Shown here: one piece after another, positions 49,047 to 62,829 of the stretch | Layout of the letters: every line of letters begins with the position of its first letter | Numbering within the stretch: position 1 is the stretch's first letter | Source: Lama guanicoe | Lineage: Eukaryota | Direction of reading: 5' to 3' | NCBI GenBank assembly: GCA_013239625.1 | Contig: MU054001.1 | Coordinates: 4,008,167 to 4,072,166 of the forward strand | DNA length: 64,000 bases | Made by a program: the position numbers and the translations under genes | The notes under the pieces: generated by a model | The model's database searches: none | What the model was told of the DNA's origin: nothing | What the model saw: the letters and a program-made list of their open reading frames with translations, nothing else

Positions 49047-49783
49047 TAAACTGTAGTATAGCTGAATGTTGTGTTAATCTCAGGTGTACAGCAAAAGGAT
49101 TGTTATATGTGTATACATGTTCTTTTTCAGATTCTTCTCCATTATAGGTTATCACCAGATATTGAATATAGTTGCCTGTGCTGTACAGTAGGTCCCTGTT
49201 GTTTATCTATTTTTTATATAGTAATGTGGATCTGTTAATCCCAAACTCCTAATTTATCTCTTCCCAGCCCTTCCCCTTTGATAACCATAATTTTGTTTTC
49301 TATGTCTATGAGTTTTTTTCTGTTTTATAAGTAAGTTCCTTTCTATCACTTTTTTAGATTCCATAGATAGGGGATATCATGTGATATTTGTGATATTTGT
49401 CTTTATCGCTCTGACTTACTTCACTTGCTATGATCATCTCTACCCATGTTGCTGCATTATTTCATTCCTTTTATGGCTGAGTAGTATTCCATTGTGTGTA
49501 TATATATATATATAAAACCATATCTTCTTTATCCAGTCATCTTGTCAATGGACATTTAGGTTGCTTCCATGTCTTGGCTGTTGTAAATAGTGCTGCTATG
49601 AATGTTGGCGTGTGTGTATCTTTTCAAATCAGTGTTCTCTCCAGATATATGTCTAGGAGTGGGATTGCTGGATCATATGATAACTCTATTTTTAATTTTT
49701 TGAGGAACCTCCATACTATTCTCCACAGTGGCTGCACCAATTTACATTCTTACCAATGGTGTAGGAGGGTTCCTTTTTCTCCA
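49047..49783 (-). mobile_element. Cetartiodactyl-type L1 3' end, 5'-truncated, with a perfect 15-bp TSD
   Basis: Antisense L1 3' UTR/ORF2 end (ttttcagattcttctccattataggttat...gggattgctggatcatatg), flanked by GTGTGTACCCTTTTT at 49032-49046 and 49784-49798. Confidence 0.9.
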
Positions 49784-52700
49784 GTGTGTACCCTTTTTGT
49801 AATGCTCAAAAGCAGAAAAAACAAAGCAGTATATTGTTTGGGTGTACATTTATATGTGAAAAAGCTACACACACACACACGGGAATAATAAATGTTGAAT
49901 TCAGGGCAGTGCTGGGTGGGGGCAGGGTAACTGGTGGAGGGGTCTGGGGACATTTCAAGAGAAACACATATGGAATAATAACTACAATTGGAAATATTCT
50001 AGTTCTTGGGTTTTGAGTTAAGCGATGGGTTCACAGGTTTGTTATTTTAATAAATATACCAGTGGCATGTCACGAACCAAGGCTATGATTAATCCAATTC
50101 TCTCTACTTATTAACTTAGATCTATCTTGAAAGCAGTCAACACTTATATACCATTTCCTGAGTGCCAGGCACTGTTGTAAGACCTTCACATATACAAATG
50201 TATTTACACCTCACAGCAGCCTTATGGGGTGGGTCTTATTCTATGTCCCGTTACAGATGAGGAAACTGAAACAAGAGAGGTTAAGCACCTTGCCCAGGGT
50301 CACACACCTAGTGCTGTAGTCAGGCTTCAGAGACCTTGTCTTAGCGGCTGCACCAATAAGGATGCTAATTACCTCATAGGACTACCAGCCCAGAACCAGA
50401 GCCGTTGTAGGGTGGCTTAGTCCTATGGTCCAGAGACAGCATCAGAGATGCCATTCTCACCCCCATGGTCACATAGTATTTGCAGCATTTTCAAGAAATC
50501 ACATTGCAGTTCAGCAAATCCTTCTCCAAATCTAACTTTTGAGACTTCCTCTTGGGGCCACTGGCCGAGCTGAGTCCCATGCCCAGAACCAAACCAATCA
50601 TCAGCCACCATAATGAGTTTAGAACAGTCACAATTCATCCCCTGAGACTGCAAGGGTAGATGTGAACAGCTGTTGGTGAAGGTGAGGCAGGAGCCAAACA
50701 AGAGTGTTTCCCTCCACCACTCTTTGGGGTTCCCCTGCAAGGGTTCTGAGAGGAAAAGATGGATGACTCCACTTGGTCTGTGAGCTCCCTGGACAGAAGC
50801 CGTGTCTAAGTCGTCCAGTTCTCCCTGCCCCCTGCGCCTAGTCAAGGCCCATCAAATAGCAGGCACCCAGTTGTACTGGAAGGGTCAGTCCTGGGGCCTG
50901 CAGTGCTCACAGTCCCCTGCTAAGGGAAGAGGGGACAGACTGTCCCTGGAGCCCAGGTGGCTGTGTTCCTTCCTGCCTTTGACCAGAAACGATTGGTCAA
51001 GAGTCGATCACCTGACCCGAGGGAAGTTATGTCATAGGTTAGCCAACAGCCTATGATACATCTCGATACAAAGAGCTCCCCCAATAGGAATGGTGGTGGT
51101 TTAGTGGATGTTTTAACCCAGAGTTCCCAGAAAGCAAAGCCTGGATCAAACGTACCTTCTAATGCGTCACTGGTAGATATTATCCCCAGGAAGGAAGGAG
51201 GGGAGCGGGAAGTGAGGCAGGGAATAAGGGCACAGTGGATCCCCTTCAGAAAAGAAGAACTTACTCCCCCTGCTCCTGGGAGTGCCGGTGGGAGACGAGC
51301 TCCAGCTGCCAGCCCCCTACGGAGCAGTTGTCACCTGGGCCCACCTTCCTGGAGCAGCTAATCAAATGGCTGATAAGCACAGCGGCATAAAGACCAGACA
51401 GCTCATCCCAACTCAGCAACCCTGAAGACCATGCCAGCTTCAGGACTCCCATCAAGGAAACTACATCACAACTCACTTTCCCTCAGCCTGGTGCTGCTTC
51501 CATCCTGGGGCTGGCAGTGACCCCAGGAGCACCCCCTCAATAAACCTCCTGCATGCTGAGCTCCCTCTCAGGCACTGCTTCCCAGGGACCCCAGAGGGAC
51601 AGAGGGAATGCACAATTCAAACATGAGCCTGACCCAGCTGGCTCCAGCGCCCCGAGAAAATCCATGGGTTGGCCAGGCCTGAGGAGAGGGGACCACCTCC
51701 CCCTTCACATCTCAGAAGAGCCTGTCAAAGGAAGGACAGGTGAGAAACTTCATCTCCTGACTCTCGCTCATCCAGGTCACTCTCCTTCCATGTGTTACCC
51801 AGCCCCTCCAGGCCACCACTGGTGGAGCCACTGCCTCCTGGGGCCATGTGGGACCCATCCATCCCAAAGGCAGGAGCTGCTATTTCTCCCGCCTGGGCAG
51901 GTACAGTAGAGGCCACGTCGAAGCCAGGCCTTTCCCCCTTGGGGGCTGAGGTGGCCAGCAGTCTAAGAGATGAGGTGACAGAGATGGCAGACAGCACATT
52001 CCAGCTGCAGGGACAGCACAAACCATTGCTGGGGCCACTCTAGCTGTGGACAGAGCCAGGGGCTGAGGCCCAAGAGCTGGTGGGCTGCATGGATCAGGTC
52101 AGGGTCTAATACTCTGAGCCAATCTAATTCTCCTCTCTGGCCTGGAAACAGGAGAGGAACTGAGGCCGAGAGGCTGTGACAGAGAGAGGGACACAGAGGT
52201 CACAAGGGGGCAGAGGCCTTGAGTCGGCAGAAGTGAGGTGGAGAGAGACTTCCCAGTGCACAGTGAGACCTCCGACTGACAGCAGGAGAGCCACCTTCTG
52301 GATGTTTCCTCTGGGCTGAGGACTCCACTTTCCACACTGACAGACCTCTGAGGAGGGCTACCTGGCACTCTGAACACCCTTCCAGTCCCCTGTTGCTTGG
52401 CGTAGCTGTAACCATCCCTATTCTTAGAGTCTCGGACCATTTTATCGCGATAACTTGCGGTGCTCTGACCTTTGTGGCAGGAACAGCCCCTTGCGAGGAG
52501 CAGGGGACCACCGGAGGCTCCACCCCTGCTTCTAGATGAGTCCAATGAGAGTCAGGCCCCAGACTGAGGCTGGACAGCTGGGGAAGGAGATTTGCTCTAG
52601 TGAGTGTGTTTGCTTGTTCATCCAAGTGCTGCTCCCTCTACTTGGCTGATACAAGATGAGGACCTGGGACAACGGGGGCTGGGGAGGAACAGACACCGCT

Positions 52701-52844
52701 GCAAGTCCAAGGACGAAGCCAACGCCATGGCAGGTAGAAGGAAGAGACCACTCCGACAGAGAGAAACCAGGTCTAGTATATTGTTTCAGCCTTGAGGCTT
52801 TCCACCTGTATTTCTTCTTTCACCAAAAATTACCCTTCCTAACC

Positions 52845-53617
52845 TTTGTGCCCTATTGGTGGAGAGGTAAATTGATGCAGCCACCTGTGGAAAACAGTGG
52901 AGGTTCCTCAAGAAATTATAAAAATAGAGCTACCATAGGATCCAACTATTCTACTTCTGGATATATGCCCAAAGGAAATGAAATCATTCTTGAAGAGATA
53001 GTAGCATTATTCTCAATAGCCAAGACATGGAAACAATCTAAGTGTCAATCCGTGGCTAAATGGATAAAGAAGATGTGGTATATATACAATGTAATACTAT
53101 TCAGCCTTAAAAAAAAAAAAAGAAGGAAATCCTACATTTCACAACAACATGGATAAACCTAGAGGAAGATGTGCTAATGAAATAAACTAGACAGAGAAAG
53201 ACAAATACTATGATATCTAACTCCTATCTGCAATCTTAAAAAAAGAAGAAAATCAGGTCATAGAAACAAAGTACAACGGTGGTTGCAAAGCATTAAGGGA
53301 GGGGGAAATGGAGAGAGTGGTGAAAGGGTACAAACTTTCTGTTAGATGAGTAAGTCCTGAGACTCTAATGTACAGCATGGTGATTACTGTTGACAATCCT
53401 GTATTATATACTTGAAATCTGTTAAGAAAGTAAATCTTGAACATTCTCACAGTTACACACACACAAAAAAAGGCAACTGTGGGAGGTGACGGATGCGCTA
53501 AGTAAGTTGATTGTGGGACTCTTCACAATGTATACATACATGAAATCATCCCATTGTATACTTTAAAACATTATAATTTTATTTGTTAATTATACCTCAA
53601 TAAACCTGGAAAAGAAA
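52845..53617 (+). mobile_element. L1MA-type 3' end
   Basis: ggaaaacagtggaggttcctcaag...aatagccaagacatggaaacaatctaagtgtc...tatacctcaataaacctggaaaag. ORF 52656..53156 carries an L1 ORF2 C-terminal remnant (ALFSIAKTWKQSKC...WIKKMWYIY). Confidence 0.88.
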
Positions 53618-53674
53618 ATTGCTGTTCCTTAGTACCAATCTTTCAGGGCCCTGCTAGGAGATTAAAACCAAGCT

Positions 53675-54604
53675 AGAAACAAACAATCCAATTAAAAAAT
53701 GGGCAAAGGGCTTGAATAGACATTTCTCCAGAGAAGATTATATGGCCAATAAGCACGTGAAAAACACTCAACATCACTAGTCATTAGGGAAATGTAATTC
53801 AAAACCACAATGACATACCACTTAACATCCAACAGGATGGCTATTATCAAACAGCAAAAACCAAAATAAGTGTGACGAGGATGTGGTGAAATTGGAACCC
53901 TTGGACGCTGCCGTTGGTCATGTAGAACAGTGCAGCTGCTGTGGAAGACAATTCGGTGGGTCCTCAAAAATTAAACACAGAATTACCATATGACCCAGCA
54001 ATCCTACTTCTGGGTTTATATATTCCCAAAAGTGAGTGCAGAGACTCAAACAGATATGAGTACACCCACATTCATAGCAGCATTCTTTCCAATAGGCAAA
54101 ATGTGGAAGTGACCCTAGTGTCCTTCAAAAGATGAATGAATAAGCGAAATGTGGTATATACCTGCAGTGCAATATTATTCAGCCTTTAAAACTTAAATAC
54201 TACATTTCAAAAAAATATATTAAATGTTATTCAGCCTTTTTCTCTTTAAAAAGAAAGGAATTCTGACTGATGCTACAACACGGACTTTAAAAACTTTATG
54301 TTAAGGAAATAAGCCAGTCACAAAAGGATAAATACTATATGATTCCACTTACATATGAGGTACCTAAAACAGGCAAATTCATTGAGACAGAAAGTAGAAT
54401 GGTGGTTTCTGGGGGCCAGGAGGAGGTGAGAATCTAGAGTTACTATTTAATATGTACAGAGTTAAAGTTGGATAAAATGAAAAAGTTTTGGAGGTGTATG
54501 GTTGCACAGTAATGTGAATGTATTTAATATCATAGAACTATATACTTAAATTGGTTGAAATGATCATGTTTATATTATGAGTATTTTATCATAATAAAAA
54601 AAAC
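53675..54604 (+). mobile_element. L1MB-type 3' end
   Basis: aacaatccaattaaaaaatgggcaaagggcttgaatagacatttctcc...gaattaccatatgacccagcaatcc...gacagaaagtagaatggtggtt...ataataaaaa. Confidence 0.88.
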
Positions 54605-56399
54605 CTAGACTATTTGGTCAAATGTGAGAGCCTGTAGGAACCCATGAGACCACTGGGACCCTCATTCATTGTGTAGATGAAGTTCAGTGGAGGAAAAGGC
54701 TTGTTCTAGCAACAGAGTGGTGATACAGAGGCAGGAGGAGGACTTAGGTATCCAGACACACAGGCCCCCAGCTCTGGCCTTTCAGCCCAAGCACTCCATA
54801 CTCTGTGACCAGTATGTCCCAGGCTGACGTCTCCATACAAGGCCCAGCTCTACCAAGGGTCTTGGGATCCACCACCAGGACGACTGACCCATGTTGCCTC
54901 AAAGAAAGGGACAGTCCTAGGGGACTCACAGCTCTGGAGGCCAGGAAGGGCTGCAGAGACATAGCCCAAGCTTCATCAGAAGATTCCTTAAAGTGAAAAA
55001 CCTTGAGAATTCCCATTTTGCAATCCTGACCATCCATCCCTCACCTAACTTGATGGCAGTTCATTGAGGAGCTTTACAGATTTCATGTCTCTCTCAGCAA
55101 ACTTGCTTTGACTTTCAGCTTCTCAATCCAGCCAAATCCCTCCAAGGTTGCCAACTTTCAGGGCTTATCTCACTCAGAGCATCCCTCTGACACCTAGGTA
55201 GGGATGGCAGAAATTCAGCACATTAATCACCACAACCCAACCAGGGCCCATGGCAGACATCATTAATCGATCAAGAGTCTGTTCCCCACTGAACGTCAAG
55301 GCCTCAGCATCATATCATCATAGCCTCCAGCTGTCCAGTCACTCAGCACTGGCACTCAAAGTGAGATCTATTTGCCAGCTGTCATCTACACAAATCTAAC
55401 TCACTCTGACATCTTGGGAAAATCACTTCTCTTTTGGCCTCCTTTTCTTCACCTATTATATGAAATGATTTTTGTGTCCCTGCCAGCTCTGTGATCCAAT
55501 GAATTCTACAACAGTGGACTGGAAAATTCTATATTGTGGATAGTGGAGGGAAATTCTGTTGGTTTTGAAGGATATTCTATGGACTTTTTCACACATATTT
55601 TTGGCAGTAGATCTGCCCTCCTTGTTTTATTTGTATTGGGGAAGGAAACCAGGCATCAGGAGCTGATTGTGCTCCTGGTTATCCAGGTCACTCCTGCCCT
55701 CTGGGAGCCATTACCACTTCCTGGAGGGCCCCAGGGCCAAGATAGCCTTAATGCTTCCCTTCAAGGTGGGACACTTCCACCCTGCCACCCCTCCAACCCT
55801 CGCACCATCAGGAGACAGACAGGATTGACATTTCTGCCTTTCACTCTGCCTCCCACTTGTCCCATCTCCTGTTCTGGGAGGGCAGCTATGTTCCTCCCCT
55901 GGGGCCTAGACAGTCTTTCTCATTTTCCTGCCAGCCGGTCAGGCCACCCTCCCCACCCAGCTCTCAGCCAGCCAGACAGGGATGCATCAGAGGGAGAGGA
56001 GAGGACAGGGCCGCCCTCTTGCCACCAAGCCCTATAAAAGAGAGCATTAAATCTTGGCCTCCACCAGGGAACTGCCTTAATTAGGGTGGCGCCGAGCAGG
56101 ACGCCGTAATTAACTGTGTGTCTGTGTTTCCATCCCAAACACCCATTTCCAGAGCTTTGTGATCCAGTCTTCTAAGAGAAGCTCAGCCAGAAACTTGGCA
56201 CCAGCAGCCCCAGAGGGGAAGGATGGCTGGTTTTCCCCTGTTCTTTGCTTTCACAGCCCCACTCAGGGCGAGTCTCTGGAGATGGGAGCCGTGGGTCCTT
56301 CCCAAAGGGTGTTAGTGGTGCGCTCAGAGCTAGAGGCTCTGCCTGGGCTCCCAAACCAGGGTAACACAAAGGTCTGATGTCAGTATGGGTGGGTACATG

Positions 56400-56940
56400 T
56401 TAGTTTTGTTTGGAAAACATCCATTATTTCAGTAACTTTGATTTACCTTAAGGAACCAGCCTCAGCCACCTGTGGCTTTACAGATGAGCCCATGATCCGG
56501 GCTGGCCAATCAAAGCGTTCATCCCCTGGCCAGTGATTGTTTTAGAGTTGGTCCTGTGACCCACGCTGGACCACTAAGAGTCTGTTGCAGGACTCTGGAT
56601 GGAATCATTAGGAAAGGGGTATTTGCTTTCCACTAGGGTTGCTAAACTGGTAAGATATTAGCCTGGAGCTCCTGGGGACCACGTATGCCACCTCACAAGA
56701 GTCTGCCTGAGAGTAAGGCCAAATTGAAGAAAGCATGGGAAAAAGATGGAGGGGGGCCAAGAGAAAGAGAGAGAGACCTGATGACATCTGTTAAGCAGTT
56801 GAATCCAGCCATACCTGAAGCAAAGTACTCCCAGACTTTTAATCACTTGAGGGGCAGTAAATTCCCCAGTTTAATTTATGTCTATTTGAACTGAGTGTTG
56901 GTCACTTGCGTCTAAAGAGATCTGGCTAAAACAGAGGTCA
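56400..56940 (+). mobile_element. Old MaLR LTR (MLT1K/L-like)
   Basis: ggctggccaatcaaagcgttcatcccctggccagtgattg...gaatccagccatacctgaag...ggtcacttgc. A related remnant lies at about 57260-57680. Confidence 0.6.
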
Positions 56941-59900
56941 CTACATGGACTTCATGAAATGCAATCCCCACACACACATACACACACATCCTGCGCACCC
57001 AGGATGTGCTAGGCAGCACGGAGAATGCAAGGGTGGACGAGAGCAGCACCCAGCCTTATTGAGCTTCCAGTCTCATGGGGAAGAGGAGATGTAAGGGTAA
57101 ACTGGACTTCCTGTTCTAGTGCCCCCCACACAGTGAAAGGCTGTCTTCCTTCTGGACAGCTTGAATCATTGCCTCCAGAAAAGACTGTCATCCTTTTATT
57201 GGACAGCTGCAGCTGCGCCTACCCAGAAAGCAGTGCCTCTTCATCTGATTACAGTTCCTTGTTCCTGAGTGACTTGTGTGAACCAGCCCTCGCTTCCAGA
57301 AGTAACCACATGACCAGACCTGAATCCTCAAGACAGCATATCCCCAGCCACAGTGATTGATGCAGCAATGAGCACATGGACAAAGATAAACAAGTGAGCA
57401 TCAGTCCTGGAGCTTTTCCTGGAGTTATTGGGAAAAAGATATTATGTCCCCTGGGATTACTAAGTAGGATTTGGGCCTGATGTCATCAATGAGGAGCACT
57501 CTCTGAGAATCAAGTCAAAAGGGAGGAAACAAGAGCCAGGAGAAAAAGAATCAGAGAGACTCTATCCTGATAACAAATATAGTTTGAGCACCTGGAACTA
57601 GCTGTGCCTGAAACCCCTACATCTGAATGATTCCATTTGAATAGAGGTTCTTCCATTATAAACCTAAAGAAAGCTGATTAATGCCTTTAGGACTCAAGAG
57701 TCCTTACAATCAAACCCCAGCCCACCTTTTCATTCTTCTCTCTAATAATGAGCCTCACACTCCAACCAAACGAGATGCTCATCACGCCACCATGTACTCA
57801 GCTTTAGAGAGCTTTGTGCTCCACAGAGAAATCCTTTTCTCTCCCAACTGCCCATAAAAATTCTGCCATCCTACAAGGCCCAGCTCCATGGCCTCCTCCT
57901 TCCAGAGGCCCTGGGAGGACGTGCCCTGTTCGGCACTGTACGGCAGCTCTGGTCACTTGGACTCATGGATACACATCCCCTGGTTCTCACTTTCCCTGTT
58001 GGCCAATAAACTCCAAGAGGGCTGGGAAACCAGGTGGGACAGCTTCCCCACGACTTCATTTGAGTCGCCATCCAGGCCTGAAACCAAATCCATTGCCAAA
58101 TTTTTCAATCACAGGTGCCTATTAGTTACATTTATTCTTTATATAGGTTTGAGTTGGGTTTCTGACTCTGATAACCAAAGAGCTGTAATTGTGGCTATGT
58201 TTTCCCCTAATTATAGAAGTAATACATACTCAATAAAGACAAGCAGACAATACTGATAAACACACAAAGGAAAATAAAAAATGGCTCTTACTCTCAACAC
58301 TCAGAAACCATTTTAAATATAATGGAGTAAATGTCCCTTTAGACTTGTTTCTATACATACACATGTACATATTTATTTAGATGAGATCTGCTCTAATACT
58401 GGAGGGTGTTTCTTACTTTTTGTTGAAGTAGAACATATGTGCAGAAAAGGGCACAAATCACAAGGATACAGCTTGATAAACTTCACAGAGTGAACATATC
58501 TGACACCAGCGTCCAGATCAAGAAACAGTGTTGGTCAAGGACCATCAGATCTTTTGCTGGTTCATCTGCAATCACAAGAGAGCTCTGCCCTTGTGGAATT
58601 AGCCTCCTTAGTTCTTGAACTGAGCAATCAATTTGTTTCCCTTTTTTTTTTTTTTCGCTGTTGAAAACAAAGCAGCAGGGACCATCCCAGGAATAGATAT
58701 CATTTTGCACGTGGACATTTATGTTCTAGGATCAATTCCTAGTAATAGCTAACACATCTCAAGGCCTTTCTGCCAAGCATGGCGTTAAATGCTTTTTATG
58801 GATTAGCTCACTTAAGTCTCTCAAAAATTAACTGAAATAGAGACTTTTACTGTCCCCATTTTACAGAAGTGGGACTGCGAAGGCAAAGGGCAGGCTCATT
58901 TTCCGCCTTGACTCCCATTTTCTAGCTGCCCTCCGTTCAACTATTCCAATTAATTCTCCCTCCAACTGCGCAAAGGGTCAATTTTCCTTCCACACTTACC
59001 AAAGCTGGGTACTATCAATTACTTTAATTGCCAGTCATGGCCAAGCTGATACATGAAAAATTATAGCTTATTATAGATATTTGTTCATTTCTTTCATTTT
59101 GTAGTAAGATCGAACAGCTTGTTTCGTGTTAGTTAGCCATCATATATTTCTTTTCCAAATTGCCTGTTCATGGCTTTGGCCTATTTTTCTTTTGGCTGAG
59201 GTTACTTGTTTTATTTTTCATTTTAGAAGTATTCATCTTTTGCCTTTCATGGATATTGCCAATACGTTCCAACTTTGCCTTTTTTCCTCCATTCTAATGG
59301 TAATTTTTGTGCCATAAAAGAGTTTGTGGGGTTTGGGGTTGGTTTTGCATTTGTACGATCAGCCACCATTTTCTTTATGATTCCCTATGTGTAAAATGGG
59401 GAGGGATGGACCAAAGCTGTGATGTTTAAAATGTGATCCACATGACTCAGGGGTCCTGAGACTCCTCACAGCCCCCTTGGAGAGGTGGGACATGGGAAGA
59501 GGTCTGAGCTGTCTCTTTCCTGGGTTCCTGGTTCAACTACATAACGTGGGTATTGGTTAAGTTTGGTTACGGTACTTGTCTTCTGCCTGCCAACCAGCCA
59601 GGCTGATCTCTCTGGGGCCTCAGGAAGGGAAAGCCCTCTCACAATCTCTGGGGAAATCTCTTAGGTTTTCTCCATCACTCCTGCCCTCCAAGTCCTGATC
59701 TGAGCTGGTCAGTGATGGGTCTGTCACCATCCTGCCCACCATATCTTGTCCAATCCCTGCCCCAGACAGATGCCTCAGCCACTTCCCTTGAATACCCTCT
59801 CTCTCTTCCAGTATCACTTATTCAAAGCTCTTTGTGAACATCAGCCTTGATCGGTTTTAGGATGATGGAGGAGGTTATATCACAGTACCCGAGAGCAAAC

Positions 59901-60154
59901 AACCCCGTACTGGGCATCCCTGTACTTAGAGCCCTTCACCTACCATTGTTCCCCTACTCCCAGCCTCCCACCTGGTCTGGTCCTCTCTCACACACTGGAC
60001 ACGCCTCTTCTCCTTTTTCTGGAATGTCTCCCTGAGGACTCTCGCTGGAAACTATGCTTTCATTGGCTTATTAGGCAAAGCATATTTGGCCCTCCTTCCA
60101 CCGTTTGCCTTGGGGCCTACTTCGGCACGGGTTCATGGAAGCCAGGGAAACCAG

Positions 60155-61110
60155 AGGTCAAAAGTGGGGTCCAAGTACCCCAGGAACCCTCAAGATCCTT
60201 TCTGGGGGTCTTCAGGCTAAAATTATTTCTAGAATAATACTGGAGTGGTCCTCTAAAAGACATTTCCATGTCCCAATCCCCAGAAACTGTGACTGTGACC
60301 TTAGTTGGAAAAAAGGTCTCTGCAGATGTAATTACGTTAAGGATCTTGAGGTGAGGAGATCAGCCTGGATGATCTGGGTGGGCCCTAAATCCAAGGACAA
60401 GTGTCCTTGTAAGATGGACACACGAAGGAGAAGGTGATGTGAAGACAGAGGCAGAGATCAGCGTGACACAGCTGCAAGTCTAGGAACACAGACAGACACC
60501 AGAAGCTGGAGGAGGCAAGGGACAGACTCTCCCCTAAAGCCTCTGAAGGAAACAGCCCCCACCCCCACCCCCACCTCAGGACTCTGGATTTCTCCATCTG
60601 GACTTGTGAGAGAGTACATTTCTGTTGTAAGTCACCCGAGTTGAGGTAATTTGTTACAGCAGCCACAGAAAACTAATACAAATCCTGAGACATCATTTGC
60701 CTTTTTCACTCTCGTTCCTTCAGGAGCGGACAGTGGAGTTTTCCAGAGGCTTCAGGACATGTGATGTTGGAACAAATTGGATGCAGAAGCCGGTGGAAGA
60801 ATCCAGCTGTCTTCTATTAAACCAGACATTAGGAGAGTTGCAAGAGTGAAAAACAAGGCCACTCTTCTTACCAAATCGTTTTTGTTTGGGGAAATCTAGT
60901 TCTTTTTCATTAGAAAAAAAAAATTATGTTAACATAAGAGAGGACTTTTAAAAAATTAATGAATAAATATTTTAAATTTTTCTCACTTTTAATTTCTAAT
61001 ACAGCAAATATCGATAGCTGTAAGCCACATAAATAAAAGTTCTTTGGGATCCTCAATACATTTAAAAGTGTAAAGGGGTCCCAAGATTAAAGCACTTGAT
61101 AATTATCTTA
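60155..61110 (+). mobile_element. hAT-Charlie DNA transposon remnant (interrupted by MLT1)
   Basis: cagtggagttttccagaggct...gaatccagctgtcttctattaaaccagacatt...gtgtaaaggggtcccaagattaaa. Confidence 0.7.
60241..60680 (+). mobile_element. MLT1 (A-C-like) solo LTR inserted in a Charlie element
   Basis: TG...CA ends (tggagtggtcc...gaaaactaataca) with 5-bp flanks aatac/aatcc. Internal gcagatgtaattacgttaaggatcttgaggtgaggaga. Confidence 0.85.
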
Positions 61111-62829
61111 ACTAGATAATGTCTCCCTCACCTTCTCACTCTCTTTCTGTTCTTATCCCTGCAAAATGTACAGACAGGCTGCACTCGACTGCAATTAACA
61201 GAGCACCCAACTCAAAGTGGTTTAAATAAGAGAAATGTATCATCTCACAAAACAATGAGTGCAGAGATTGAGCCTTCTGGATTTGGTCAGTTTATTGGGT
61301 CAATTGCATCATCACTCCTAACCATCATGTTTCCACTTGTTCTGCTTGGCCTCCCTTAGAGAGCTGGTCCTTCTCCTCATGGTTACAGGATGGCTGCAGC
61401 AGTGCCAAGCATCACATCCTCACATAGTAATATCCAAAGCTGGAAAAACGAAACATCCTTACTTTGAGCCTCATTTTAGAAACCAAGGAGGGCCCCTCTC
61501 TTGACTTCTCTTCATGCCTTATTTGGCCAGAATTGCAACACAGGCCCATCTCTGCCTGGGAGAATGGCATCACTGTGATTGGTTTAGTCTGGTCAAAATT
61601 GATCTCCTTGACTGAGAGGACCACCATTCTCCCCTAAGGACATGGCCATCTAATTAGAGTTTTATTAGCAGGAAAGAGGAGTCAGGCTGTGGGAGGTGAT
61701 CATAGTGCCTGCCATTTCAACGCAGGGATTTAGAGGCTGCAGAGGTGGGCAGCCATACCTCCTACAAACATGGCTCTCCACTCCTCAGCTATTTAGACCA
61801 CAGCCCAGTGTAAGCCTGGCTGGGCCCCTGCCCCCAGTCCTGCCCCTCAGAGCCACCTCAGCTCCATGAGCCCCAGACCCGTGGTGCCTCAGTGCCTTCC
61901 ACACCAGTGCTCCGCTCCCTCAGCATGGGCATCAGCCCCTTTTCCATCAGATGCCTCATGCATCCTTCTGGCCCCAGTCTTGCTTGGATGCCACCCTTGC
62001 CCACTTAGACAGATTTTAATAACTTTGAATGTCAGGAAGATGGTCCTCCCGGGAAACACCTAGAATGTTTTACAACATTTCCCATGCTTTTTGCATTAAC
62101 CTTCAAGCTCTGCATATTCTCTCTAAAATACTGTAAAGTTCAGCCATGATACACACACACACACATACACACACAGGGGTTAGGGATAAATCAAATTCTG
62201 GAATCTTTACCTTATAACTAATTCACTGTGCAACCATGGGCATGTAACTTACCCACTCTGGGCCTATGTTTCTTTATTTCTAAGAAGAGGTAATGAAACC
62301 TATGACTTAGGATGGCAACAAATTAAATGAGATGATGGGGGTAAAGTCACTTCTTGTCAAGACTCAGAAATTGTCAGTTGTCACATTACTGTTGCATCTC
62401 AACCTCTATATGGTCTGTCAAAGCCTGCAGAGTGCCTGAACTTTATTTTATCATTTAAGATTCACAGCCAGGAAAGGGTAATGCCCTATGTTGCAGGTGA
62501 GGCAACTGAGGGCCAAAGAGGCCAAGTGATTCGGCCAAGGTTATGCAGGCAACTCAAAACTAGTTCTGTTAGCCTGGCTCTCAGATGCCAAGCCCAGGGC
62601 CCCTCCAGGTTCACACCACCTCCCTGGCCTCCATCTGGGTGACCTGGCTCTCTCAGCTACCTAAAGCCTGGAAAGTTTCGTAGGAATCAGGTCTGGGCCC
62701 TTGGTCCTCACATGGCCAAGAGTAGCAAGAGTGGCTGCAAATACCCAGGAGAGGAGAGAAGGGAAGCCTCTTCCAGTTCACAGTGCATGAAGGGAAAGTA
62801 GCTTCTTAAAGGACCCGAGTAAGGAGAGA

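Noticed and set aside
49496..49888. 130-aa ORF ([18 protein letters not shown]...)
   Set aside because: Typical antisense translation of an L1 3' region, not a host gene.
52656..54135. ORFs with L1 ORF2-like C-terminal peptides
   Set aside because: Frameshifted, 5'-truncated L1 remnants that cannot encode a functional retrotransposon.
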